Source of the DNA: an uncultured Myxococcales bacterium
Lineage (GTDB): Bacteria; Myxococcota_A; UBA9042; CAZBRS01
Direction of reading: 5' to 3'
Assembly: GCA_964494475.1 (NCBI GenBank)
Contig: CAZBRS010000003.1
Coordinates: 3,035 to 67,034, forward strand
DNA length: 64,000 bases
Shown: positions 20,021 through 29,917 of the stretch, in pieces
How the letters are laid out: each line of letters starts with the position of its first letter
Position numbering within the stretch: position 1 is the stretch's first letter
Position numbers and translations under genes: made by a program
The notes under the pieces: generated by a model
The model's input: only the letters and a program-made list of their open reading frames with translations
Told to the model about the DNA's origin: nothing
Databases searched by the model: none

Positions 20021-21175
20021 CTACAGCTCGGCCGGCTCGGCCTTGCCGTCGGGGTCGGCCTTCGTGCCCCTGGGGATGCCCGCCAGCATGTTGCCCACGT
20101 CGAAGCGGATGATCAGCACCGACAGCACGACCAGCAACCCAAGCAGGATCGAGACCAGCACCAGGTTGTACTCGAGGTTGAAGAACAGCGGGCCCTCGGC
20201 CAGGCGCGGCATCTTCTGCGGCGCCGTGGGCAGGTCGTAGTACTCGGCGATGCGGCTCACGCTCGACAGGTGCAGCGCGGGGATCTCGTACTCGCGCATC
20301 AGGAGGGTCATGGCGCCCTCGTCGCGGATCTTCTTGCGCGGAAGCTCGCGGTTGATGCCCGGCTTGAACAGCACCTTCGTGAAGTGCGAGCCCACGCTGG
20401 CCTCGTTGCCGCCCACGTTCACGTAGGCCTTGAACGGCTTGTCGCCCACCGCCTGCTTGTAGACCACCAGGCGCTGCTGGATGTTGGCCTCGAGCGTGGA
20501 GTTCCGGATGAGCGGCACCTGGTTCTTCTCGATGTTCTTCAGGATCAGGTCGACGCCCCGGTCCGAGAGCTGCCCGCCGTTGTCGTCCATGCCGCCGATC
20601 GAGGCCGCCACCGAGCGCACGTCGGTGAAGCCGCCCACGTAGGCGATCTTCTCCATGTCGAGCCACGTCATCTTGGGGTCGTTGGCGCCGTACATCGAGG
20701 CCGCCACCGAGCTGATCATGACGCACTTCAGCTCGAGGGCCTTGCACGCCGCCAGGGTGGCCAGGTTCAGCCCCGGGAAGCTGCCCGAGGCGCCGATGGC
20801 CACCGCGTCGCCCTCCTCCAGGTGCAGGCGCTTCAGCATGTGCACGATGGCCGCCGCGAAGTTGGGGTTCACCGAGGTCTGCTTGGCCGCGATGTACCCG
20901 ACCACCGACGTGATGGGCGACAGGGGCAGGCCCACCATGCCCGACTGGACCGGGTCGGCGACCTTGTCCAGGGCCTTGCGGTGCTTCAGCGTCTCGGCCT
21001 TGATGGCCTCGAAGGCGCCCGCCGTCAGGCGGACGGCGTCGGCCTTTTCGTCGTACCACTTCTGCTGGCGCACCACCTTGTTGGTCTCGATCACCACCAT
21101 GAACACGACCGCCAGGGCCGCCAGCACGCCCAGCGAGGCGTTCGAGATGCGCCCGGGGCGCCAGTAGAGCTTCAT
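20021..21175 (-). CDS. pgsW: Poly-gamma-glutamate system protein PgsW
   Basis: MKLYWRP..., SGMVG..SPITS, KQTSVNPNFAA, GASGSFPGLN, SSVAASMYGAN, YVNVGG; ATG overlaps the pgsC stop. Confidence 0.85.
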   Translation of the reverse strand: MKLYWRPGRISNASLGVLAALAVVFMVVIETNKVVRQQKWYDEKADAVRLTAGAFEAIKAETLKHRKALDKVADPVQSGMVGLPLSPITSVVGYIAAKQTSVNPNFAAAIVHMLKRLHLEEGDAVAIGASGSFPGLNLATLAACKALELKCVMISSVAASMYGANDPKMTWLDMEKIAYVGGFTDVRSVAASIGGMDDNGGQLSDRGVDLILKNIEKNQVPLIRNSTLEANIQQRLVVYKQAVGDKPFKAYVNVGGNEASVGSHFTKVLFKPGINRELPRKKIRDEGAMTLLMREYEIPALHLSSVSRIAEYYDLPTAPQKMPRLAEGPLFFNLEYNLVLVSILLGLLVVLSVLIIRFDVGNMLAGIPRGTKADPDGKAEPAEL

Positions 21176-21633
21176 CAGAACACCTCCCCGCCCCGGATGA
21201 GGATCAGGCACATGCGCACCACCGCCGACGAGACCAGCAGCGTCGAGAGGGTCTCGACCACGCCCTGCCGGTCGAGCCAGATGGCGATGAGGCCGGGGAT
21301 GATGAACCCGATGACCTCGAGGTGGATCTCGAGGCGGCTCACCTCGAACGTGACGAAGTTGCGCACCACCGCGCCCACCAGGAAGCCCACCAGGATCATG
21401 AGCACCGTGCGCCGCCGGCCGTAGATGATCATGAAGAAGTTCATGAAGCGCACGATGCCGAACGTGGCGAGCCCCACCAGGATGGTCATGACCACCTTCA
21501 TGGGGTCGGTGAGGCTGAGCGCGAAGTAGCCGGGCACGACCATGCCGCCGGCGGCGAGCCCCAGGAACTCGCTGAACAGCAGGCTGATCACGAGCCCCAG
21601 CCCGATCGAGATCTGGATCAACAGCTCTTCCAT
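21175..21633 (-). CDS. pgsC: Poly-gamma-glutamate biosynthesis protein PgsC/CapC
   Basis: GLAAGGMVVPGY, IYGRRR, IGFIIPGLIA..DRQG. Confidence 0.95.
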   Translation of the reverse strand: MEELLIQISIGLGLVISLLFSEFLGLAAGGMVVPGYFALSLTDPMKVVMTILVGLATFGIVRFMNFFMIIYGRRRTVLMILVGFLVGAVVRNFVTFEVSRLEIHLEVIGFIIPGLIAIWLDRQGVVETLSTLLVSSAVVRMCLILIRGGEVF

Positions 21634-21637
21634 GGCC

Positions 21638-22834
21638 TCACCTGCCCTGCCCCGAGCGCGGCAACCGCGCCCGGTTCGTGAAGTACTCGTCGAGCGCCTT
21701 GCCGTCGCCCTTGATGTTGCCGATGCCGAAGACCAGCGACGCCGCGCCCGACTGCGCCACGATGCGCTCGAAGATCTTGGGGATGGCCTCGCCCACCAGC
21801 GTGTAGAGCTTGCCCGCGTCGACCCCGGCCTGCAGGGCGGCGCGCGCGAAGACCTCGGTGCCCGAGCCCACCAGCAGCCAGTGATCGACGTTCGTGAGCT
21901 CGGCGGCCAGCTCGCCCAGCTGGCGCGAGCGATCGGGGCGATCGTCGCGGCAGTTGGCCACGACGATGCGCTTCTCGACGTCGGTCTCGCTCTGATCGAG
22001 GCGCCTCCACAAGATGCGGTACGAGTCGGGGTCGTTGGCCGCGAAGCCGTTGACCCACACGATCCGGCGCCCGTAGAAGTCGAGCTGGCAGCGCGTGAGC
22101 GCGCCGATGTCGGGGGTGGCCTTTTGCATGCCCCGCAAGGCCACGTCGCGGGGCACGCCCAAGAGCGCCGCGACGCGCACCGAAAGCGCGATGTTCTCGG
22201 CGTGCTCGATGTACGAGAAGCCCTGCAGCTCCTTGCTCGTGACGGCGGTCACGTCGTCCTCGGTGACCTGCACGTACTCGGTGCCGAGATCGCGGCAGGC
22301 CTGCTTGAAGACCTCGTTCTGCTGGCGCTCGGCGGTCACGAACACGCCGCCCTTCGGCACCGTGCCGGCCAGCGCCTTCTCGACGTCGTCGACCGTGGGG
22401 CCCATCACGTCGAGGTGGTCGGCGCGCGCGTTGGTCATGACGCCAAGGGTGCCCTGCACCATCTTGTGCTGGCTGATCCACTGGGTGTAGGGCTGCAGCG
22501 CCATGCACTCGACCACCACGGCGTCGAGCGGGTAGCGGCTGCTCCAGCGCATGACCTTGAGCTGCTCCTTGATGTTGGTCTGCCCCAGGCGGCGGATGAG
22601 CACCTCGGAGCCGTCGGGAAAGATGAAGCGCGGGCTCGAGCCCGTGGTCTTCGCGATGGTGCGCACCCCGCCCTCGCGGAGCGCGGCCGCGATCAGCCGC
22701 GTGACCGACGACTTGCCGCGCGTGCCGTTCACGTAGATGCGGTGCCGGATGCGCTTCAGGCGCCGCTGGTTGAGGGCGCTCTCGACCAGCAGATAGCCGA
22801 CCACGAAGACGGTGAGGACGACCAGGACCCACAT
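21638..22834 (-). CDS. pgsB: Poly-gamma-glutamate synthase PgsB/CapB
   Basis: VNGTRGKSSVTRL, AKTTG, NIKEQ, ECMALQP, TNARADHLDVMG, NGFAANDP, GIGN. Confidence 0.95.
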   Translation of the reverse strand: MWVLVVLTVFVVGYLLVESALNQRRLKRIRHRIYVNGTRGKSSVTRLIAAALREGGVRTIAKTTGSSPRFIFPDGSEVLIRRLGQTNIKEQLKVMRWSSRYPLDAVVVECMALQPYTQWISQHKMVQGTLGVMTNARADHLDVMGPTVDDVEKALAGTVPKGGVFVTAERQQNEVFKQACRDLGTEYVQVTEDDVTAVTSKELQGFSYIEHAENIALSVRVAALLGVPRDVALRGMQKATPDIGALTRCQLDFYGRRIVWVNGFAANDPDSYRILWRRLDQSETDVEKRIVVANCRDDRPDRSRQLGELAAELTNVDHWLLVGSGTEVFARAALQAGVDAGKLYTLVGEAIPKIFERIVAQSGAASLVFGIGNIKGDGKALDEYFTNRARLPRSGQGR

Positions 22835-22840
22835 GCGCGC

Positions 22841-23656
22841 CTACTCCCAGTCCTTCTTCATCCCGAGCCCCAGCACGAAGTTCAGGAGCCGTTGGCCGAG
22901 CCGCTCCGGGAGCACCGCCAGCAGACACCGCACGAAGCGGTTGCTCACGCCCGGCACGACCACGTGCCGGCGCTTGAACATGGCGCGGAGGCCGACCTCG
23001 GCCACCGTGGAGGCCGGCATCATGCCGAGCTCGGTGAGGGCCGTCGCCTGGTTGCCCGCGACGGCCAGGAATTCGGTGTCGGTGCCCCCGGGGCACAGGC
23101 AGGTGAGCGACACGTTGGTGCCCTTCAGCTCGAAGTTCAAGGCCTCGTTCAGGTAGCGCAGGTAGCCCTTGGTGCCCGAGTACACGGCGTAGTTGGGCAC
23201 GGGCACGAAGCTGGCCATGGAGGCCACGTTCAACACGTAGGCGCGCCCCTCCTGCCCCAGCACCTGGTCGAGGAAGAGCCGGGTGAGCAGCGTGGCGGCC
23301 TTGATGTTCACGTCGATGACCTGGAGCTGCTTCTCGATGGGCACGCGCGTGAAGGGGCGCCACTCGCCGGACCCCGCGTTGTTGGCCAGGACCGCGAGCT
23401 TCCAGCCGTTGGCGCGGGCCAGGTCGACGGCCTCGTCGAAGGCGCGGCGGCCGTCGTCGATGCGGGAGAGGTCGACGGCGACGGCGTGGCAGCGCACGGG
23501 GAAGCGGGCCTCGATCTCCCGGGCGAGCTCGGCGAGGCGCTCGGCCCGGCGGGCCATCACGACCGTGTGGTAGCCGCGCGCGGCCAGGTTCAGGGCCAGC
23601 TCGCGCCCGATGCCGCTGGAGGCGCCCGTCACGATGGCCAGTGCGTCAGCGCTCAT
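22841..23656 (-). CDS. Short-chain dehydrogenase/reductase
   Basis: TGASSGIG, NNAG, NVAS, YSGTK, CPG. Confidence 0.92.
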   Translation of the reverse strand: MSADALAIVTGASSGIGRELALNLAARGYHTVVMARRAERLAELAREIEARFPVRCHAVAVDLSRIDDGRRAFDEAVDLARANGWKLAVLANNAGSGEWRPFTRVPIEKQLQVIDVNIKAATLLTRLFLDQVLGQEGRAYVLNVASMASFVPVPNYAVYSGTKGYLRYLNEALNFELKGTNVSLTCLCPGGTDTEFLAVAGNQATALTELGMMPASTVAEVGLRAMFKRRHVVVPGVSNRFVRCLLAVLPERLGQRLLNFVLGLGMKKDWE

Positions 23657-23683
23657 GGGAACCTCCGGGATACGGGTGGGGAG

Positions 23684-26470
23684 CTACTGGATGGGATAGG
23701 TGAAGGGCTGCCAGTGCCCGGCCTTGTCTTGGATGCCGCTGGTGTACAGGTGCTCGTAGCCCACGCCGCCGGTGACGTCGAAGGGCCGCCACTCGACCAC
23801 GAGCGACCCACCGGGCGTGACGAACTCCGCAGGGACGGTGAACTTGTATTCCTTGTTGTTCCCGAGGTCGACGTTGTAGCCGGCCACGGCGTCCTGCCAC
23901 GCCGGGTCGCCGTCCTTCTTGTACCGGATTCGCACGTCGATGTCGGGCGCGGGCTTGTTGGGATAGGGCGCAGGAGAACCGGCGGTGCCGTTCGTGGAGC
24001 CCGGCTTGAACACCTGCACGTACATGACGAAGGTGTTGTTGGCCGTGGCCTTGTCGCCGCCGTTGGGCCACGCCTGGCCCACCCAGTCCAGCTCGCACTT
24101 GTCGGGGATCTTGTCGCCATCGGTGTCGATCTTGTCGTCGACGAAGGGGCAGGTGTCGGCCGCGTTGGCCACGCCGTCGCCGTCGAGGTCGGGATCGCAG
24201 GCGTCGCCCTTGCTGTCGGCGTCGAAGTCTTCCTGCCCCGGGTTCGCGACCAGGGGGCAGTTGTCGGCGCCGTCGAGGCGCGTGTCGCCGTCGTCGTCGG
24301 GGTCACAGGCGTCGCCCTGACCGTCCTCGTCGGTGTCGGTGACATCGGCCGTGGCCAGCAGCGGGCAGTTGTCCTGCCCGTCGGGCACGCCGTCGCCGTC
24401 GTCGTCGGGGTCACAGGCATCGCCCTGGCCATCACCGTCGAGGTTCTGCTGATCGAAGTTGGGCGCCAGCGGACAGTTGTCGAAGGCGTCGAGGATGCCG
24501 TCACCGTCGTCGTCGACGTCGAGGCAGTCGGGCTGCCCGTCGTCGTCGGTGTCGACGAAGCCCTCGTCGGCCCCGCCCGTGCAGTTGTCGTCGACGCCGT
24601 TGCAGAGCTCGGGCTTGCCCGGCGCCACGGTGGCGTCGAAGGGCTCGCAGTCGGCGCCGTCGAGCGCGCCGTCGCCGTCGTCGTCGGGGTCGACGCAGTC
24701 GGCCTGGCCGTCGGCGTCGAAGTCGGCGAAGCCCTCGTCGACCGACGCGTTGCAGTTGTCGTCGGCGCCGTTGCAGGCCTCGTTCTGGCCATGGAAGACC
24801 TTGTCGTCCAGGGGCGCGCAGTCGAACTGATCGGGGTCGCCGTCGCCGTCGAGGTCGTTCTCGACGCAGTCCTTGGTGCCGTCGGCGTCGGTGTCGGGGA
24901 AGCCCTCGTCGGTCTGCCCGTCGCAGTCGTCGTCGCGGCCGTTGCACGCCTCGGTCTTCAGGGGGGATACGGAGGGGTCCAGGGGCTTGCAGTCGAGGGT
25001 GTCGGGCGAGCCGTCGCCGTCGTCGTCGGGGTCGCGGCAATCGGGCGCGCCGTCGTCGTCGAGATCGCCGTAGCCCTCGTCGGTTTCGCCGTCGCAGTCG
25101 TCGTCGACGCCGTTGCAGAGCCCCAGGCCGAAGGCCTCGCCCTCGCTCTGGCCCGCGTTGATCTTCGCGTCGAGGTCGTCGCAGTCGGTGCCGCCGAGCG
25201 CGGCGTCGGCCGCCCCGTCGCCGTCCTTGTCGGGGTCGCAGGCGTCGCCCTTGCCGTCGGCGTCGAGGTCGGTCTGGGTCGCGTTCTTCTCGAGCGGGCA
25301 GTTGTCGTCGCACGTGTCGACCTGGCCGCCGGTGCAGGGCTTGTCATTGGGGTTGCCGCTGCCGTTGCCGTCGTCGGGCACGCCGTCGCTGTCGTCGTCG
25401 GCGTCGGCGCAGTCGGCCTTGCCGTCGGCGTCGGTGTCGGTGAAGCCCTCGTCGGTCTGGCCGTCGCAGTCGTCGTCGCCGCCGTTGCAGACCTCGGGCT
25501 GCGCGCCCTGCAGCGGGTCGCAGGTGTTGGCCTGCCCGTCGACGCACGCGGGCACGCTGTGGGCGCACGGTCCCTGGCCGCACGTGAGCGAGCCCAGTCC
25601 CTCGTCGATGCTGCCGTCGCAGTTGTTGTCGACGGTGTCGCAGGCCTCGAAGTCGGGGGTGGCGGCGCTGCACTCGGAGAGCCCGTCGGCGCTGCACGTG
25701 CGCTGCCCGGTGCAGATGCCCATCTCGCCGGTGCGCGAGCACCCGGTCGAGAGCCCGGCCTGGCGGGCCCACGCCGAGCAGGAGCACTCACCGCTCGCGG
25801 CCCGGCACTGTCCCACGCCGCCCGCCTCGTCGCACGTGTACCCGGCGGGGCAATCGCCGTACGCCACGCCGCACGGTCCGCCGCAGAAGCGGCCCACGGC
25901 GAGGCCATAGTCGAGGCACTTCAGGAGGCCGGCCTCGAAGCCCGCCGAGGCGCAGTCGACGTCGGCGAAGCAGGGCAGGCAGAGCGTGGGCTGCAGGGGC
26001 ACGCACATGTACATGGCGTCGCCCGACGACACGTTGAGGCACGTCCAGCCCGTGGGGCAGACCTCGCTGCACGCCTCGGCGCACACGCTCCCCTCGGGGG
26101 TGAACACGCAGTAGCCCGTCACGCAGTCGCCGTCGAACGAGCAGGGGCAGTAGGGGTAACCCGGGTTCTCGGCGCACCCCGGAGGAAGCTCGGGCTCGCT
26201 GTCGTGGGTGTCGACCGCGTCGGCGGGCACGTCGTCGAGGACGTCGGGGCCGGAATCGCCGCCCTGGTCGTGGCCGCCGAGGTCGATCAGCCCGTCGGGC
26301 AGGTCGAGGGGAGCGACGTCGGGCACGTCGGCGGGCAGGAGGTCGGCGGGCACGTCGACGGGCGCGTCGGAGTCGCCCGCATCGCGGTCGCCGGTCCTTT
26401 GGCCGCTCTCACCGCAACCGACGAGCGCCACGACGAGCGTCAACACGACGACCGGGCGGAAGACCAGCAT
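23684..26470 (-). CDS. Cys/Asp-rich surface lipoprotein with MopE-type (ECNGxDDDCDG) and thrombospondin type 3 repeats, plus a C-terminal CBM-like domain
   Basis: Start at ATG 26470 (MLVFRP) gives lipobox VVALVG-C; DxDxDGxGDACD and DNCP repeats. Confidence 0.82.
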   Translation of the reverse strand: MLVFRPVVVLTLVVALVGCGESGQRTGDRDAGDSDAPVDVPADLLPADVPDVAPLDLPDGLIDLGGHDQGGDSGPDVLDDVPADAVDTHDSEPELPPGCAENPGYPYCPCSFDGDCVTGYCVFTPEGSVCAEACSEVCPTGWTCLNVSSGDAMYMCVPLQPTLCLPCFADVDCASAGFEAGLLKCLDYGLAVGRFCGGPCGVAYGDCPAGYTCDEAGGVGQCRAASGECSCSAWARQAGLSTGCSRTGEMGICTGQRTCSADGLSECSAATPDFEACDTVDNNCDGSIDEGLGSLTCGQGPCAHSVPACVDGQANTCDPLQGAQPEVCNGGDDDCDGQTDEGFTDTDADGKADCADADDDSDGVPDDGNGSGNPNDKPCTGGQVDTCDDNCPLEKNATQTDLDADGKGDACDPDKDGDGAADAALGGTDCDDLDAKINAGQSEGEAFGLGLCNGVDDDCDGETDEGYGDLDDDGAPDCRDPDDDGDGSPDTLDCKPLDPSVSPLKTEACNGRDDDCDGQTDEGFPDTDADGTKDCVENDLDGDGDPDQFDCAPLDDKVFHGQNEACNGADDNCNASVDEGFADFDADGQADCVDPDDDGDGALDGADCEPFDATVAPGKPELCNGVDDNCTGGADEGFVDTDDDGQPDCLDVDDDGDGILDAFDNCPLAPNFDQQNLDGDGQGDACDPDDDGDGVPDGQDNCPLLATADVTDTDEDGQGDACDPDDDGDTRLDGADNCPLVANPGQEDFDADSKGDACDPDLDGDGVANAADTCPFVDDKIDTDGDKIPDKCELDWVGQAWPNGGDKATANNTFVMYVQVFKPGSTNGTAGSPAPYPNKPAPDIDVRIRYKKDGDPAWQDAVAGYNVDLGNNKEYKFTVPAEFVTPGGSLVVEWRPFDVTGGVGYEHLYTSGIQDKAGHWQPFTYPIQ

Positions 26471-26533
26471 GGTGGGACCTCGAAGAATCAGTACGCAGGA
26501 CGAGAGAGTAGCCGCTTCGCGGGAGGGCGGCAA

Positions 26534-27193
26534 CTACCCCCCGAACTTCCCCACCATGACGCGCGCGGGGCGCAGCACCTGGTCGCCCGCGCGGTAACCG
26601 GGCTGGTAGACGTGCAAGACGGTGTTGTTCTGTTCGGCCGATGGCGCGGGCAGCACGCCCATGGCCTCGTGGAGGCCGGGGTCGAAGGGGTCGCCCTGAG
26701 GGCTGTAGCGGACGACGCCCAGATCCTCGAGGCGGGCCTGGAACGACTTGTGGACCATGTCGACGCCCTCGACGAGCGCGTCGAAGGCCGGCACCTTGCG
26801 GGCCGAGTCGAGCGAGCGCTCGAGGTCGTCGAGCACGGGGAAGAGCTTGCCGATCAGCTCGCCGCGCGCCACGGCCACGCGCCGATCGAGGTCGGCCTCG
26901 AGCCGGACGCGCACCTTGGCGAACTCGGCCTCGGCCTTCTTGTGGGCGGCGATGTAGCGTTGCAGCAGGCCGTCCTTCTCGTCGAGCGCCTTGCGCAGGC
27001 GGTCGTTCTCGGAGGCGAGCGCCAGGAGCATCGGGTCGACGGCGGGAGTGGGCGGCGACGTCGCTTCGGCCTCGGCCTCGGGCGCAGCCTCGGGCGCAGC
27101 CTCGGGCTCGGCCTCGGGCTCGGCCACCACGACGTCGGCGCTCACGGGCTCGACCGTCTCGCCGTCCTGAATCGGGATGTTGCGCCTGCTCAT
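26534..27193 (-). CDS. grpE: Nucleotide exchange factor GrpE
   Basis: LFPVLDDLERSL, GDPFDPGLHEAM, QPGY...LRPARVMV; N-terminal EPEA repeats. Confidence 0.93.
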   Translation of the reverse strand: MSRRNIPIQDGETVEPVSADVVVAEPEAEPEAAPEAAPEAEAEATSPPTPAVDPMLLALASENDRLRKALDEKDGLLQRYIAAHKKAEAEFAKVRVRLEADLDRRVAVARGELIGKLFPVLDDLERSLDSARKVPAFDALVEGVDMVHKSFQARLEDLGVVRYSPQGDPFDPGLHEAMGVLPAPSAEQNNTVLHVYQPGYRAGDQVLRPARVMVGKFGG

Positions 27194-27322
27194 GATCTCC
27201 CCCTCGGTGCGCGCGAAGCATAGACGCGGTCAGGGCAAAATCAAGCGGGAACGCGCTGGTCAGACCGTCCCGTTCGTGGTACAGGCACCCTTCACGCCCG
27301 GTTTTTCGGGCACCGGAGGCCC

Positions 27323-29896
27323 GTGGATCGCATTCGCAAGACCGCGCTGGCCGGCGACGCCGTGGCCATCACCGAAGAGCAGCACGTGAGCCCGGTGCTC
27401 GCGCTGCGCCTGTACGTGCGCACGGGGTCGCTGTTCGAGACGCCGGCCGAGGCCGGCCTGGCGCACTTCCTGGAGCACCTGGTCTTCCGCGGCACGGCGC
27501 GTCGCCCGGGCGGCCGCGTAGTCGAGGAGATCGAGTCCCTGGGCGGCGAGATCAACGCCTGGACCTCGTACGAGGCCACGTCGTTCCACGCGCTGGTGGG
27601 CAGCCGGCACCTCGACACCGCGCTCGACGTGCTGACCGACATGGTGGCCCTGCCCAGCCTGCCCGCCGACACGTTCGAGACCGAGCGCGCGGTCGTGGTC
27701 GAGGAGATCCGCAAGGGCGTCGAGCAGCCCGACCAGGCCCTCGAGGAGCGCCTGCTCGAGTTGGCCTTCGACGGACACGCGCTGGCGCGCCCCATCTGCG
27801 GCACGACCGCCAGCGTGGGCGCCTGCCGCCGCGAGCAGGCGCGCGCCTTCCACGAAGAGCAGTACCGCACGGGCAACGTCGTGCTGGTGGCCGTGGGCGA
27901 TCTCGACGCCGATCGCTTCCTGCGCCGCGCCGAAGACCTCTTGAAGAGCTTCCCCCAGGGCCGCTCTCCGCGCGGTCTCGCGCCGCTCCCTCCCCCGGCG
28001 GGCTTCGCCGCCGACGTGCTCATCCGCGACGTCGAGGAGGACCGCTTCGGCCTCGGCTTCCGCATCCCTGGCGCGCGCGACGAGCGCAGCCTGCTCTCCG
28101 AGCTGCTGGCCACGCTGATGGGCGGCTCCGAGAACTCCATCGGCTACCGCGAGCTCGTGCGCGACCGTGACCTGTTCAACGACGTGCAGGCCTCGACGCT
28201 CTGCCAGACCCCCGGAGGCCTGCTCATCGTGCAGGGCTGGGCTGGCCACGATCGGCCTGCCCTGCGGCTGCGCGAGCTGCTGCGCCGCCTGGCGTCGCTG
28301 GCCGATCATCCCCTCGACCGCGCCCTGCTCGACCGCACGGTGCGCCGCATCGCCAACGATCGCGTGTTCCAGCGCGAGACCGTCGAGGGCGAGGCCGCGC
28401 GCCTCGGCTCGGGCGAGTGCACCGCCTTCGACCCCGAGCTCGACGTGCGCGACATCGAGCGCCTGCGCAGCATCACGCCCGACGATCTCAGCGAACTGGC
28501 GGCCGAGATCCTGACGCCCGAGAACCTGGCGCTGGCCGTGGTCACGCCCGAGGGCTCCGAGGTCGCGCGCCTGGTGCGCTCGGGCGACGCCGAGGGGCTG
28601 GTGCGCGAGGCCCTGGGGCCCCGCCGGGCCCGACGGCGCCAGCGCCCGACCGCGCCCGCCGTGACCATCGTCGAGGCCGTCCCCGGCGTCACGCTCGTGC
28701 TGCGGCCCGACCCCACCATCCCCATCGTGTCGGCGGTGGCGGCCATGCCCGGGGGCACCCGCCTCGAGACCCCCGAGACGGCCGGCCTGTCGTCGTTCCT
28801 GGCCGACGCCCTCACGCGCGGGACCACGCGCTTTCCCGCCCAGGCCCTGCTCGACCTGCAGGAGGAGATCGGCGGCAGCCTGAACCCCTTCGCCGGTCGC
28901 AACAGCCTCGGCCTGCAAGCCGACTTCCTGTCGGAGCACGCCGCCCTCGGGCTCGACCTGTTCTTCGACGTGCTCTTCCGGCCGCGCTTCCCCAAGGCCG
29001 GCCTCGAGATCACGCGCCGCCTCCAGCTCGAAGACCTGAAGGGCCTGCAAGACACCCCGCTCGAGCTCGGCACCGACCTGCTCTTTGCCCTGGCCTTCCC
29101 CGGGCACCCCTACGCCCTGCCCTCGCTCGGCACCGAGGCGTCGATCGGGGCGGTGACGCGCGAAGCCCTGGCCGCCCACCACGCGCGCCACGTGGCGCGT
29201 GGCAACGTGGTCCTGGCGCTCGTGGGCGACCTCGATCCCGACCAGGTGATCAAGCGCCTCGCGCGCGTGACGGTCGATCTGCCGGTGCCCCTGCGCGATA
29301 CGCTGGCGCCCCTGCCCTGCCCGTCGCTGGAGCGCCCGGCGCGCCAGGTGGTGCCGCGCCCCGAGCGCAAGACCGAGCTGCTGTTCGGCTTCCCCGGCGT
29401 GGCGGTGCGCGACCCCGGGCGCTACGCCGTCGAGGTGCTCACCCTGCTGCTGGCCGGCCAGAGCGGCCGGCTCTTCGCCAAGCTTCGCGAGGAGACCGGC
29501 GGCGTGTACGACGTCGACGCCGTCAGCTGGGAGGGCCTCGACGCGGGCCTGCTCATCGTGAGCTTCGCCACCAGCCCCGAGCGCGTGGGCTCGTGCGTCG
29601 ACCTCTTCCACGCCGAGGTGCGGCGCCTGCTGGAAGGCGGCGTGACCCAGGCCGAGCTGGAGCGCGCCAAGCAGGCCCTGGTGGGCGGCTTCGAGATCAG
29701 CTTCCAGCGCCGAGGCACGGTGGCCTACCATCTGGCCTACGACGTGGCCTACGGCCTGGGCCCCGAGACGGCCGCCCGCTACGGCGAGCGCGTGTACGCC
29801 GTGACCCGCGCCGACGTGGAGGCCGCCGCCCGCCGCACGCTGGGCGCGCCTGGAGTGGCCGAGGTGGTGCTGGCGGGGGCGGCGTCTGCAGGCTGA
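27323..29896 (+). CDS. M16 family zinc metallopeptidase (pitrilysin-like, fused halves)
   Basis: GLAHFLEHLVFRGT (HxxEH), NAWTS, ERAVVVEE, HPYALPSLG; GTG start after GGAGG. Confidence 0.92.
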   Translation: MDRIRKTALAGDAVAITEEQHVSPVLALRLYVRTGSLFETPAEAGLAHFLEHLVFRGTARRPGGRVVEEIESLGGEINAWTSYEATSFHALVGSRHLDTALDVLTDMVALPSLPADTFETERAVVVEEIRKGVEQPDQALEERLLELAFDGHALARPICGTTASVGACRREQARAFHEEQYRTGNVVLVAVGDLDADRFLRRAEDLLKSFPQGRSPRGLAPLPPPAGFAADVLIRDVEEDRFGLGFRIPGARDERSLLSELLATLMGGSENSIGYRELVRDRDLFNDVQASTLCQTPGGLLIVQGWAGHDRPALRLRELLRRLASLADHPLDRALLDRTVRRIANDRVFQRETVEGEAARLGSGECTAFDPELDVRDIERLRSITPDDLSELAAEILTPENLALAVVTPEGSEVARLVRSGDAEGLVREALGPRRARRRQRPTAPAVTIVEAVPGVTLVLRPDPTIPIVSAVAAMPGGTRLETPETAGLSSFLADALTRGTTRFPAQALLDLQEEIGGSLNPFAGRNSLGLQADFLSEHAALGLDLFFDVLFRPRFPKAGLEITRRLQLEDLKGLQDTPLELGTDLLFALAFPGHPYALPSLGTEASIGAVTREALAAHHARHVARGNVVLALVGDLDPDQVIKRLARVTVDLPVPLRDTLAPLPCPSLERPARQVVPRPERKTELLFGFPGVAVRDPGRYAVEVLTLLLAGQSGRLFAKLREETGGVYDVDAVSWEGLDAGLLIVSFATSPERVGSCVDLFHAEVRRLLEGGVTQAELERAKQALVGGFEISFQRRGTVAYHLAYDVAYGLGPETAARYGERVYAVTRADVEAAARRTLGAPGVAEVVLAGAASAG

Positions 29897-29917
29897 CGTT
29901 TCGGCAATTGGCCCGCG

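Noticed and set aside
27069-27125. Tandem repeats in the grpE 5' region as a regulatory element
   Set aside because: They encode a low-complexity EPEA/APEA linker typical of disordered GrpE N-termini
21542-27223. 1893-aa plus-strand ORF and similar long V/A/G- or R-rich ORFs across the window
   Set aside because: Stop-poor shadow frames caused by extreme GC3 bias, lying opposite or overlapping genes with clear motifs
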